This document shows positions 37,250 to 50,267 of a stretch of DNA of 64,000 nt, piece after piece. The DNA is taken from the NCBI RefSeq assembly GCF_006345805.1, contig NC_043004.1, positions 64,294,001 through 64,358,000 on the forward strand, written 5' to 3'. The position numbers were made by a program, and so were the translations under genes. A model generated the notes under the pieces. The model did no database searches and was not told the origin of the DNA. It saw only the letters and a list, made by a program, of their open reading frames with translations. Each line of letters begins with the position of its first letter. Position 1 is the stretch's first letter. This stretch comes from Octopus sinensis. Its lineage: Eukaryota.

Positions 37250-37511
37250 TGAAATTATTGTATACAGTGCTCAGGTGCATCACAACTTGTCAAAAAGTGC
37301 GTATAAAGCATATGCAGTAATGTACAAATGTCTGGAAAGCGAACAATGCATGAGTCAGATACATGCTTGTGTGTGTATGGAGGGGAGAAAATCAGGTGTA
37401 GTGTTGGCGAATCTCAGGAAGCATGGAAGTTTTGAAGGATGCAGTGCTCCGACAACTAACAACTGATGCCGGCAGTTTGTTCCATGCTTCAGCAACTCTT
37501 AGCTTGAAAAA
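37250..37511 (-). mobile_element. CR1/L2-type LINE 3' end
   Basis: Minus strand reads FFKLRVAEAWNKLPASVVSCRSTASFKTSMLPEIRQHYT*, the RVxxxWNxLP C-terminal motif of CR1/L2 ORF2. Confidence 0.75.
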
Positions 37512-37829
37512 ATGAAACTGGAGACAGACTCTTATATCAGGTACCTCCCAGTTTCATCTTCAGTACTAGAAAGTCACATTATTTTATTAATACGATGATA
37601 GAATATAAGGTAAAGATTGGCCTTGGCAGGATTTGAACCTGTAATTTATACAAAAGTGATGACAACTACTTCAAGGGCTTTTGCTCATTGCTTTAAAGAT
37701 TCTTCAGCCAATTCCCTGCTCCAATATAAATCTTGCTATGTCACATAAAAGTCAATAAAAAAAAATTGGTTTAGTGTTATATTGTTCTATATTAGGGCAA
37801 GGTTTCCAAAAAACATGTTATTTCAGTAA

Positions 37830-38135
37830 CACTAGAGATTCCTGTACATTATTTACATTATTTACATTCGATGGATATTCGTCCTCATCTTCTTTGTTGT
37901 TAACACAACATTTTGGCTGATATACCTTCCAGCCTTTTTCAGGTATCTTGGGGGAAATTTCGAACCTGGGTTCTCATTCCTAACGTATTTTTCGATGTTA
38001 TTATTATTATTAGTGTTCAGGTCACTGCTTGGAATCAAACTCGGAATCTTGGAGTTAGTAGCCCACGCCCTTAACCACTACACCATATACCCATGGGCAT
38101 ATGGCGTAGCGGTTAAATATAGAACTGTACTGGAG
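37830..38135 (-). mobile_element. SINE family E (tRNA head plus hammerhead-like module plus tail), with an inverted collapsed second copy at 38091-38135
   Basis: Minus strand: head 'ccatgggtatatggtgtagtggttaagggcgtgggctactaactccaagattccgagtttgattcc', body, 'gatac-ctgaaaa-a-ggctg..cagcc-aaaatgt-t-gtgtt', then tail. Confidence 0.8.
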
Positions 38136-38604
38136 ATTCCTGTTTTAACCAGCTATCCCATCATCAGACTTAGCTGGCCAAAATTTTGAAGTCACTGTCA
38201 ACAACATTCTTGTATAAGAATTATAAATTTGTGTTCTACAAAAGTGTAGAGTAACCCTTCAGATTAACATAGAACTGTTTTTATTATAACTGAACATAAA
38301 AATAAACATGATTATAATATAATATAATATAATATAATATAATACAATATAATATATACCAGCATAGAAAATGGGTGTTAAATTGTGTTCACACACACAT
38401 GTACATAATCAAATGCTCTTTAAATGTATACACACTGTGATTAAAACTGATGTATATGTAATATATACACTAAAGTATAATCTATATAAACGGGATCCAA
38501 GTGTAGGAAACTAATAAGATTCAAGCAGTCCATGGCAGGCAAAGAAAACAAAAAGTGGACAGTGTATGATCAGGAACAATAATTTATTGGTGTCAAAAGT
38601 TACA

Positions 38605-38733
38605 CTAGTACTTATTCTATCAGTCTCTTTTGCTGAACCGCTAAGTTACAGGGACATAAACACATCAGCATCGGTTGTCAAGCGATGTTAGGGGGACAAA
38701 CACAAACACACACACACATATATATATATATGA

Positions 38734-38774
<41 letters not shown>

Positions 38775-38938
38775 CAACGGGCTTCTTTCAGTTTCCGTCT
38801 ACCAAATCCACTCACAAGGCTTTGGTCGGCCCAAGGCTATAGTAGAAGACACTTGCCCAAGGTGCCGCGCAGTGGGACTGAGTCTGGAACCATGTGGTTG
38901 GTAAGCAAGTTACTTACCACGCAGTCACTCCTGCACCT
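38605..38938 (-). mobile_element. SINE family A copy
   Basis: Reverse-complement match with internal (TA)n. Confidence 0.88.
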
Positions 38939-39269
38939 ATATATATATTTATGTATTTATGTATACATAAGGGGTGTGGTGAAATGAGTAAGTGAGAGGG
39001 GAAAATACATCAGAGACATGGGAAAAGATGAGAATATTGTAAGAAAAATAAATTACTTACCTTTCTCTTACCTGTCAAAAAACAAAAAAACAAAATGCAA
39101 AACCAAAACTTCAAACAAATCCTTCATTAATCAAACTGACTTTTAAGGTTTTATTAAAGAAAAATGGTGTCCCTTTTTCTTCCCTCCCCAATGTCCCCTA
39201 CTTCACCTCAGCCACCACCACCACTATATCCATTATAGTTGGCCAGTCTATAAATCATTTAAACACTGG

Positions 39270-39349
39270 TCTGGCTACAACACTGTCTCTCTCTCTCTCT
39301 CTCTCAGCCTGCTTGCCTCTCTCTCTCTCTCTCTCTCTCAGCCTGCTTG

Positions 39350-39386
<37 letters not shown>

Positions 39387-39774
39387 CTGCTTGCCTCTCT
39401 CTCTAGCCATCTCTTTCTTGTTCTCTTTCTCTCTCTCTCACCCACATTTTCTTTCTCTCTCTGTCTACTCTTTCTAATACTTCCCCTCTTTCCCTCTCAT
39501 GCTCTTATTTTCTTTTATTCTCACATTTGCACTACTTCTAAATCTCTCTCTCTCTCTCTCTGTTTCTTCCATTCCTTCATTCTTTCTCTTTCTCTCTGTG
39601 TTTCTCCCACTCTCTCATTCTCTCTCTCCCTCTCTCTCTATATATATCTATCTATCTATCTCTCTTCTATCTCTCTCTCTCTCCCTCTCTCTGTTCTGTC
39701 ACTTTCTCTCTTAAAAACTTCTTTGCCTCTTCCATTCTTTCTCCTTCACTTCTACTCTCAACTTCTAACCCTCC

Positions 39775-39811
<37 letters not shown>

Positions 39812-40000
39812 GTCACTATATATCTCTCTATCCTTATCTCTAGCTCTCTTTATATCTCTTTATCTTTCTCTATCCCACTCACTCTCCATCTCTCTCACTC
39901 TCCATCTCCCCTACCTCTCCATCTCCCCAACTCTCCATCTCCCTCTATCTCTCACTCTCTTTATCTATCTATCTATTTCTCCCCTTCCCCCCATTACCTT
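39270..40000. repeat. Polypyrimidine (CT)n-rich tract, including three 'cagcctgcttgc' units embedded in (CT)n
   Basis: Seen directly. Confidence 0.9.
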
Positions 40001-40664
40001 AACTTATTTACTTGATCCCCCCCCCCCGTTGCTTCTTCCTTCTCCAAGATTGAATTCTGCCAAAGTTGGTTGTTCTCTTTCTTTCTTTCCAGTGTTGATA
40101 AAACAAAGATACCAGATAAGTACTGGCATTCTATACCTTTAGCCAACATGTAACCATGTGTCTATGTTCAAAATTGTGCACGTGTGTGTGTGTGTGTGTG
40201 TGTTGATTATTCAGGTAAGGAAGAGCATCCAGCTGTAAAATTATGCCTCAGTAATAAGTATCCATGTAAACCATACTAGCGTGGAAAAACAGACGTAAAA
40301 GAAACAAACGAGTGTGTGTGTGTGTGCATGGTAGACTTTCATGTCATAAACAACAGATAAGGGTCCCACAAGTTCTTGCTGAGGAATCTGCACAGATGAT
40401 TTGAATGTGGGAGCAAGCAAAAATTTGATCTCTATAAACAAATCAACATGGACGTTAGACATGTGGCACACACTATGCACCATGCACGAGCAATGGAAAA
40501 TTAAGTGGTTTACAAAAAAAAAAAAAATGAAATCTTGCTACTCAGTCCAGGATATTGAAACCATGATCTTGCACTCTTGAGTCAAGCACCCTAACCACTA
40601 GGCCACATACACTTCACATGTGTGTGTCTATGTAATTGTCAGCATTTTATGCCCATTTTCCGTA

Positions 40665-40815
40665 TGCTTTCGTAACTCAGATAGGTCATATCCAGAACAG
40701 CATCTCACCACTTCCTGCAGTCTCTAGTCATTTCCTTTGTGCAGTCTCCAGAGATCGTCACACACCACATCCTTCTGAGTTCTCTCCTCTCCCGGGCATC
40801 TTCCCTCCTGCATAA
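40665..40815 (-). mobile_element. RTE LINE 3'-end remnant
   Basis: Minus strand gives DVVCDDL and EMTRDCRKW*DAVL, resembling RTE C-terminal W..VV..DL...MT.DR..W..AV. Confidence 0.5.
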
Positions 40816-41189
40816 TTATTTATTTCTGTATCATAACAGTATTTTCAATATTTCTCTTATACAAACTCCATATCCAGTTTTCTTGTTAATTCTTGTTTTT
40901 TTACTAAAATACTCACTGAAATCATTACATTATAATGTCTTGTAATGTTGTCCTTGTCGCCCCTCTGCTCATTAACATCAATCATCAATTAATATTACAA
41001 TTGTTATTGTTGTTCATCTTCTCTTCTGTTATCTTTATTGTCCACTCCAAACAGAGTCAGTGTTGAGTGCCATGGGGCTGGCTTTCCTTTTTACATTTTC
41101 TTTTCTTTTTGCTTTTTCTGTTCCACTAATTTTTTTTTTTGCTATGCATTATTGATCCTTGATATTTGTCAAGGTGATTGATATATCCC

Positions 41190-42260
41190 TAGTGTATATA
41201 TATGCATATATAAATATATGTATGTATGTGCGTATGTGTGTGTTTATGTGTTAATTATGCGGATGTTTATTTCTGTGTCAACATGGGCTTTTGTGTTTAT
41301 TGATATGAGTCTTTGTATGTGAATGTGTGGGTGTTGTTTGTATGCGTATATAAATGTGTGCGTGTTTGCTTCACTGTACATGTGAATATATATGCATGAA
41401 TGCCCATGCACATGTATATACAGATGTGTGCATTTGCCTCGCTATACATGTGAATATGTATGTGTGTGTGTGTTTGGTTGACTGTGCATGAGAATATATG
41501 TGTGTGAGTGTGCATGCACACGTATATACAAACGTGTGTGTGTGTGTTAGCTGGAATGTGCATGTGAATATATATATCAGTGCGAACGTGTATTTACAGA
41601 TGTGTGTGTGTGGATATGTGTGAATGTGCATGTTAGTGTATATATAGATGTGTGTATGTGTGAATATGTGTGCATGCGTATATACAGATGTGTGTCTGTA
41701 TTTGTTTGACTATGTATGTGGATATGTATGTGTGTGAGTGTGCATGCATGTGTATATACAGATGTATATGCTTGCATGTGTGTACATGTAGATGTGTATA
41801 CACCTGCCTGTGTATACATATAAATGAACACACAAGCATATGTGTATATACAACCATGTGTTCATAGAATTGTTTTGTGTCCATGTGTATGTGTTACTAT
41901 GTATTTAAGTATAACATAGATGTGTGTACACACAAGAATATGCATGTGCGTGTATATATGTATATAATACATGTTTATTGATATATCCATGTGATTATGT
42001 ATGAGTGGTGTATGTATGCCCCTGCTTGTGTATGTGCATATGAACGTATATACATGTATGATAAATTTAAATGGTTATTTCTCTGTAAATTTGTATTTAT
42101 AAATACAAATATGCGAATACCATTCTGGGAGACAGGGTGTTTGTAAATGTGGAGGTGTGTTTGTGAATATGTATATCTATACATGCCTATGTGAATATAT
42201 CTATACGTGTGTGTGTATATGTACATGTCTTTATATCTGTGTATGTATATATGCATAACA
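41190..42260. repeat. About 1-kb degenerate alternating purine-pyrimidine (TG/TA/CA) tract
   Basis: Seen directly; explains the H/T/Y/I-rich ORFs. Confidence 0.9.
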
Positions 42261-43041
42261 TCTATTTAAATATGACTACCCCATCCACTCCTCTTCTATT
42301 CACTTTTGTGTCTTTTTCCCAATATTTTTTACGTTATTGCGTTTTTTTTTGTTTCATCTTTTTTTATTATCTGTTTTGGATTTTTTTAATTCTGTTTTTC
42401 TTACTCTTTTGGGAGAGAAAAATGTAAAAGAAAAATATGAATAACAAAAACAAATAAATAACTGAATATTATTCCTGTCCTTGTTGACACACCCCAGACC
42501 CCCTACTCCATCTCCAGTATCACCTCAACCCCAGCATCTACAATTAAATTGTGCACACACACACACACACCTCCACCCAAACGCGCACACACACTTCCAA
42601 TCACATATTTAACCTCATACAGAGACACTCCTTAGCATATACCCCCTCATATACATCCCCTTATACACACACACACACACACATGTGCACATGCGCATAC
42701 ATACATGCACACACATAGCTATCAGGAATTTGTATCATCCGAAACACCAGAAGAGAAAAGTTTCATATGGGGAAGTGAATAAATGTTAGTGGTAGCCTGG
42801 TCGGGACAGTTTTGTTCACAGTCACATTATCACCGCTTGTTGTTGTTATTGTTGTTGTTGGCGATGACCCAATGCATTTTACACGGACGTGTGGTACGGT
42901 TCAGCAAAGACCATTATTACTGATGCAAACCTAAGTCAACATTGTGTACCAAGAATTATTTAGTACATCAAGTGCAACTTATTCGTCTGGTCATTCGGAA
43001 TATACTGCATGTGTATGTGCATACATGCATGCATGCACACA

Positions 43042-43440
43042 TCATCATCATCATCATCGTTTAACGTTCATTTTCCATGCTGGCATGGGTTGGATGGTTT
43101 GACTGAGGTCTGGAGAGCCAGCCACTGCACCAGGCTCCAATCTGATCCAACAATGTTCCTACGACTGGATGCCCTTCCTAATGCCAGCCACTCCGAGGGT
43201 GTAGTGGGTGCTTTTTACATGCCACCAGCACAGGAGCCAGTCAGATTGTCCTGGCATCGACCACACTTGAATGGTGCTTTTTATGTGCCACCGGCACAGG
43301 AGCCAGTCTAGCAGTACTGGTACTCATTTTATCAACCTCAAAGATCTGGAGAGCCAGCTGCTGCACTAGGTTCTACAGCTGGATGCCCTTCCTAATGCCA
43401 ACCACTCTGAGAGTGTAATGGGTGCTTTTTTTTACCAGAG
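43042..43440 (-). mobile_element. Family C repeat with internal duplication
   Basis: Reverse-complement match; 'ctggatgcccttcctaatgcca.ccactc.gag.gtgta.tgggtgcttttt' occurs twice. Confidence 0.8.
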
Positions 43441-43499
43441 CAGGTACACTTTTATATCATCAAGCAATAAAAAAAATAAGGTGAGTAAAGACCCCCTTC

Positions 43500-43822
43500 A
43501 GTTACGAATGGCTATGAGATTGCACTTAGAAAGTACCCCTCCGAGGCACAATTCCAGGCAAGGTTCTTTGTGGAAGACCAGCAGTCACTCGTGCATACCA
43601 GCCTCCTTTGTCAACACCACCAATGTTGTCCAAGGAAAGGCAAAGGTCAATACAGTTTGGCACCAGTGATTCCACAACCCATTTCTACAGCTGAGTGAAC
43701 TGGAGCAACATGAGATGAAGTGTCTTGCTTAAGAACACAACACACTGCCCTGTCTGGAAATCGAACTCACAACTTCACAACTGTAAACTTGATGCTCTAA
43801 CCACTGAATCATGCACCTTCAT
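43500..43822 (-). mobile_element. SINE family D copy
   Basis: Colinear with 19425-19733. Confidence 0.8.
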
Positions 43823-43984
43823 CATCAAGCAATATATTACCTGTTATAGCATATAACTGGTTAGAATCCACCCTTTTGCCACCGCCAAACTTACTGAGAC
43901 TATGTACCTCCAATGATGCCATACACTTTCAGCTAGCTTGTCTCAAGAGTCTATGCTGTCTAGTGGTTAGTTCCATCCTTTCTT

Positions 43985-44370
43985 TAAGTGCCACGTCCAG
44001 AATGTAGGACAGAGACAATCATGTCCTGCTGCAATTCTCTCTTCTTTCGTCTTCTCTCTTCTTTCCACTTGCTTTCTTCCAACCGGTTCATCGTCCATAA
44101 CATCCTTCTTCGTTCCCGGCTTCCTTTCTATTCAATCTTTCCAGTCAGTACTAAATTCTCCAGGCCTTTCTTTCCTCATACAACCAAGAAATCTCAATGG
44201 CTTGACTCTTACTTCACGAAGCAGTTTTCTTATTTAATGCGACCTGGGTCATCACTTCTTCACTTGACACCTTGTCTGTCCAGCCTGTTCTCAATATTCT
44301 CCTTAAATGGTAATATTTGGCACAAAACTGAAGGCAACCTTCTGACCAGTTACATGTCATAACCATTAAT
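43985..44370 (-). mobile_element. RTE (BovB-like) LINE 3' fragment
   Basis: LRRILRTGWTDKVSSEEVM, LRFLG, GLENLVLTGKIE*KGSRERRRM across frameshifts. Confidence 0.75.
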
Positions 44371-44429
44371 ATATTGCAGAGTCATTAGCATGCTGGGCAA
44401 ACTGCTTTGCGGCATTTCGCCTGTTTCCT

Positions 44430-44826
44430 TTTATTTTCGTTTGTTTCAGTCATTTGACTGCGGCCATGCTGGAGCACCGCCTTTAGTCGAACAAATCGAC
44501 CCCAGGACTTATTTTTTGTAAGCCTTGTACTTATTCTATCGGTCTCTTTTGGCGAACCGCTAAGTTACAGGGATGTAAACACACCAGCATCCGTAGTCAA
44601 GCGATGTTGAGGGGACAAACACAGACAGACAAACATATACTCATACATATATATATATATATATATATACATATATACAATAGGCTTCTTTGAGTTTCCA
44701 TCTACCAAATCCACTCACAAGGTTTTGGTCAGCCCGAGGCTATAGTAGGAGACACTTGCCCAAGGTGACATGCAGTGGGACTGAACCCGGAACCATGTAG
44801 TTCATAAGCAAGCTACTTACCACACA
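44430..44826 (-). mobile_element. Full-length SINE family A
   Basis: Reverse-complement match. Confidence 0.9.
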
Positions 44827-44829
44827 GTA

Positions 44830-44877
<48 letters not shown>

Positions 44878-45284
44878 TATAGAAGCATGTGTATGCTTTC
44901 TGTAGTTGGTATTCATTTCTAATAAAATCTTCCCCTTCCAAACACTATATTGCAATTAACTTTCTATGCGTTCATCCATTTTCAATTATAAGCAGCTGAA
45001 ATAGCGATTTTTTTTCCTTTTTTATTCATTTCTTTTTTAGTTTCTTTCTTTAATCATTTTCTTTCATTAGTTTGCTTTCATCTTATTGTTTTTTTATAAT
45101 TTCTTTCTGCTGGGTTTTCTTTTTTTTATCATCATTTTCTGCTCATTATTTCACTTATCTGTTCCTTGTTGTTGCAAATGAAACAAGAGAAATTGTTTAA
45201 AGGCAATATATAAGCAAGGAAGAACATTCAATATACATACATACATACATGTGTGTGTATATGTGTGTGTGTGTATATATATAT

Positions 45285-45456
45285 ATAGAATGGTTGTATA
45301 CTGTCAATCTAACACGAACGTGACAGTAGGGGGGGTACACTACCGCTGTTTAGCCCTAGGAAGCATCGACGCCTCCTGATGGCTAGGGCTAAACAGCGGT
45401 GGTGTACCCCCCTACTGTCACGTTCGTGTTAGATTGACAGTATACAACCATTCTAT
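45285..45456. other. Near-perfect 172-bp palindrome (75/74-bp arms, 23-nt loop), probable young fold-back MITE
   Basis: Arms 45285-45359 and 45383-45456 differ by one G-run indel and one T/C change. Confidence 0.9.
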
Positions 45457-46234
45457 CGCCCCACCACCGTACATGTCTCTACAAGAGATTTAGAAATTTA
45501 GTATTTCTGATATATATATATATATACTGTCTTTTACTACCGCCATTGCTTCTTCACCAAACTTTTTGGCGCCCTCCGATTCTTCCCCTCTCTTCCTCCA
45601 TCCTCCTTAATCCCTTCTTTCTCCTCTCTTGGTCACTGATTCTGTCCCCTGCCTTCCACCCTCTTTGATTCCCTCTCTCTCTGTCTCTCTTTCTCTCTCT
45701 CCTGCGACCTGCTGCTTCTTCAACCATTCTGTTGGCCTTCGTATCTCGACCAACATGTGTCCCCGCTACCGAAACGGTAATTATTTCTACGCCAGCTGCT
45801 ATGTTGTTGTTGTTGTTTTGTCTCATTTGGTCTAAAGTCGTATGACAACCATCGTTATATATGTTTTGTTTTTTCATTACTGTTTTCAATTTCGTTTTCG
45901 TCTCTTGTATTCACATCCGTCTTGTGCGTTCACATTCCTGTCTTCTACCAAGAAATCTAATGCTTACAGCTTAGTTTTTTTTCTTGGGGCTGGCCGAGTT
46001 GGAGCAAATATCAGAATTGAACAGCCGAAATTTGCTATGATGATTCGGTGTCTGACTGAAGATTGAAGGCTTCGAATGATTTGTCTGTGTTCCGTGTTCG
46101 TCCCTTCCTGTATTTCACGTTCATTATATATAAAACATGCATTCTTATATATATATATATATATAAGAGAGAGAAAGAGGTTGATAGATATAAGTGAATA
46201 TTTTTTTCATTTTCATCTTCTCTTTAATCTTTTA

Positions 46235-46533
46235 CCTATCTTGGTCATTTGACTATGGCCATGCTGGGGCACCACCAGGATAGGTATTTACAGTATCGGC
46301 CCCTTTTGAGGAACTGCTATGGCAACACCAACACTGGCTGTCATGTGGTGGCGGGGGACAAACATAGACACAAAGACACACACACACACACACACATATA
46401 TACATACACACAACAGGCTTCTTTCAGTTTCCATCAACCAAATCTGCTCACAAGGCTTTGGTTGACCCAGGTCTATAGTAGACACTTGCCCAAGGTTCCA
46501 TGTGGTTGTGAAGCAAGCTTCTAACCACACAGC
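46235..46533 (-). mobile_element. SINE family A copy (internally deleted)
   Basis: Reverse-complement match. Confidence 0.8.
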
Positions 46534-47046
46534 CAAATAAGAATTTTAACTTTTTGTTAAGTTCCTTACATTGATATTGTTGTTGCTGTATTGTTACTGT
46601 CATTGTTTTTGTCATAACAGCTATGTAATATGACAAAATATCTTAAAAGTCTCTGTGGTGGAAAAATAGCAAATGAATGATCAAGACAACATAACATATA
46701 ATTATGCTGCAGGGAAGAAACAAGGGAACATTTCAGACATTGGCTCTTTGTCAGGAATGAAAAAGAAATTGAAAAATAAAATGAAAAGTGCTGAAGACAT
46801 GTAAAGTATATTTATGATAAAGAACCTGATATCTGATATGTTGAGAGATTTTTCTAGGATTTTTTTCTCGTCACAGCACAATTATTTTCTTTTGTTTTTC
46901 CAGAAACTTTTTTTGGATATTTCATCACTTTATAGCATTGACCAACTGGATTACTGCTGGGTTGCTTTTTGTAATGTGCTTTTTTTCATGCACTTAGTTT
47001 GAGAATGAAAGTCAGCACACATTATTCTTTATTATATCTGGGGAAG

Positions 47047-47265
47047 AAGGCAGTGAACGGGCAGAGATGTTAGCACACTGAGCGAAATGCTTAGCGGTAT
47101 TTCATCTGCCTTTATGTTCTGAGTTTAAATTCTGCTGAGATCAACTTTACCTTTCATCCTTTCAGGGTCGATAAATTAAGTACCAGTTGTGCACTGGGGT
47201 AGATCTAATTGACTGGCCCCCTCCCCAAAAATTTTGGGCCTTGTACCTAGAGCAGAAAAAGATTA
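47047..47265 (+). mobile_element. SINE family B copy
   Basis: Family B head to tail. Confidence 0.85.
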
Positions 47266-48118
47266 TATCAAGGGAAGAAGAGAAAATATATCCTCAAACT
47301 GGAGACCCACCTCAAATGCTTACAACAGCATGAAGTCTGCTGAAATCACCCAAGGACCAGATCATTTTGTTAAACCATCATTATCATTATATGCTGAACA
47401 TTACTGTCTTAAGTTCTCAGATTCATAGGTCTAGTTACCCAGTTTTATGGCACTTAAGGTCCTGAGAGCACAACATTCTACCTTGAACAAGGTACCAGCC
47501 TGTCACCGCATTACTCATTTACTGCTGAGTGATTAGGAGCCATGTAAAATGAAGTGTTTTGCTCAAGAACACAATCCTCTACCCAGTCTGGGAAATGAAA
47601 CCATGATCTAATGTTTGTGAGTACAACCATTTAATCTTTAGGCCATGTGGCAGTGGATTAATTAATTCTACAACCCGAAATGGATAAATTCTGCTACACT
47701 CAGAAAATGCAAAGAACTGGAATAAATGTAACAAAGAATTTGATCCAATGCTTTTAAAAGTGCCACCTGCCTAGTGCAATGAACTGGTATAGGTTTACAG
47801 GATCTGTACTCACCTGGGGTTAAATATGTTTCAGCTGTGGATATAAAAACAAGAATTTACACACACACACTCAAATACACACTAAATCGCATATAAGTGT
47901 GTGTGTAAGTTTGTATATGTGCATTATGACATACACACCCCCTAAATGAAGGATCACTCTCTTTATATATGTACGTGTATATGCATGCATATATATAATA
48001 CACACACATATATACACACATGAATATATGTTCAGACACACTGAATGAAAGATATATATATATACATATAAACACTTTCATGCATACATACAAAATCAAG
48101 GATATATATATGTATATA

Positions 48119-48162
<44 letters not shown>

Positions 48163-50267
48163 GCACATATACCTCATCAGTGATATACATTATACACATG
48201 TCACATGAAGTAGTTTGAATTCTGTGTGGAATTTCAGCAAGTTGGCATTGGTAGGCGATAATTTTCCCATCCCATGGCCAATGTTTAGAAATCTAAGACA
48301 AGGTGAGATGGAGGAGCGAAAGTGATATGGAACAAAGTGCTAGAGGTGATGGTGGGTGGGTGGGGATAATGGTAGAGATAGCAGCAGTGGTGGTGGTGGT
48401 GGTGGTGGTGGTGTTTGCTGATATTGGTAAATATGCTTCCAATGAAGCTCACTTAACTCCAACACACTACATTCTTCACTCCCACCCTCGACTCCTCCAC
48501 CGTCGCAACCACCACCACCACTACCACTGCCACCATTGCCACAACAGCTACGACAAAGAATAATGTAACAAATTGTTTGAAAAGGAAGCTATTATCACTC
48601 TTTACAATGAATGGTAAATGGCAGTTTGTGGGGAATTGCCATTGTTAAGTCTTCCTGACAATAGGTTTCTTGTAGCATTTGAAAGTTTAGCCTCTAACTC
48701 TATCGATAGAAGTGGAAAATTCAGTATAAAAGGGAACGCTTGGATACAACTCTTGTGCTCTAGAAGAAGAATTGAGAGAGAGAGAGAGGGAGGCAGAAGA
48801 GGTTGAAAGTGAAAGTAAGAGAAAGAGGAGTAAAAGAGTGAAAGTGTGAGAGAGAGAAATAAGGTAATTGTATTCTTTAACAATGGCATTTAAAATGTGC
48901 CCCTCACCCCTGCTGTCTCGTAAATGTTCTTAGGGGTCAATTGCATAAAATGAAACTGAAACTAAACAACTGAAAATTTAAAGGGAATCAAACTGTATTT
49001 GACGATATTTAGCTACCAGTGTTCATTGGTTGGTACATAATATTGAATACATGTACTGCTGCATTGGTTGTATAAAGGCTCAGCATGTTGTTGTTGCTGT
49101 TGCTGTTGTTGTTGTCTTTAACAAAACACTATGGGTGTGAGGTAATGCATTGTAAATGTGCTTTTTGGGAAAAAGTGTAATGTATGTATGTCTATAATTG
49201 TGTATGTGGCTATGTATGTATGTGGTGTATGTATGTAATCATGTATGTATGTATGTATGTAATTGTATATGCATGTAACAGTGTGTGGTGTATGTATGTA
49301 TGTATGTATGTATGTGTGTATGTGTGTGTGTGTGTGTATGTATGTATGCATGTATGTATGCATGTGGTGTGTGATATTTAGTAGCTGCAAGGCTGTTTCT
49401 AAGTATTTCTCATACATATACATCTACTCACCCATATATTCATGTATACACATACATATAAAGAGAGAGAGAGAGAGAGGGGAAGGAAGGAAAGAAAGAA
49501 GGAAGAACATACAGTGTAAACCAAAATAAACCAAAGAAAAAAGAACTCAATACAATGATCTAGAGTAGTGTAATAAAATTTATTTTAAACTGAAACTTCA
49601 CAATGAGAATACAATGCATTTCTTTATCTGCTTTAACTTAAATGTTTTCTTCAAAAAAAAATCTAGTATTATAACATTTTTAATAGGGATAATATTAAAT
49701 TAAGTATCGGTTGTATACGTATTGTTGCTACAGAAATAATAACTAGTAAAAATCTTGAATAGTTATCCAGATCCAGTTTTTCCTATTCATGCAATTGTTT
49801 TAAATCCATAAATTGCCCATTAAATAATTTATGTCTTTCGAAATTGATAATTTATTTTGTAAAAGTATTTACAGCTAAGAATTCAGTTTCTAAAGACTGT
49901 ATTAGGTTGCCTGAAATTTCTTCTAAGTTGAGATTTAGTCAACATCAGTAAATTTTTTAAAATCCTGAAAGATCTTTTAGATATAAATTTATCAATTCTG
50001 CATAGTTAAGAAGTTTGGCTCCTAAACACGTAGTTCCTGGTTCAGTTCCGCTGTGTGTCGGTATTTGTATCTGTGCATGTGTGTTTCAGTATTGGTAAGA
50101 GAGAGAGAGAGAGAAAAAGGGAGTGAGTGAGTGTTATTGTTATTTAGTTTCGTATCAGCTCATATCAAAGTAGACCAGTAATCAAGGGCACTCCAGCCAT
50201 CAACATCCTCTCTTCTTGTCTATCAAGGACAACATCACAAACCACACACACACACACACACATATAT

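Noticed and set aside
46885-47000. Strong pyrimidine tract and AG near 46903
   Set aside because: All frames stop within about 10-32 codons with no good donor, and it is incompatible with the 45755 candidate first exon.
48602-48889. Minus-strand ORF and acceptor, with several ACAATG/CATTGT (Sox-like) words
   Set aside because: The ORF start is a (CT)n tract, the peptide is unrecognisable, and 6-mers are expected by chance in AT-rich DNA.
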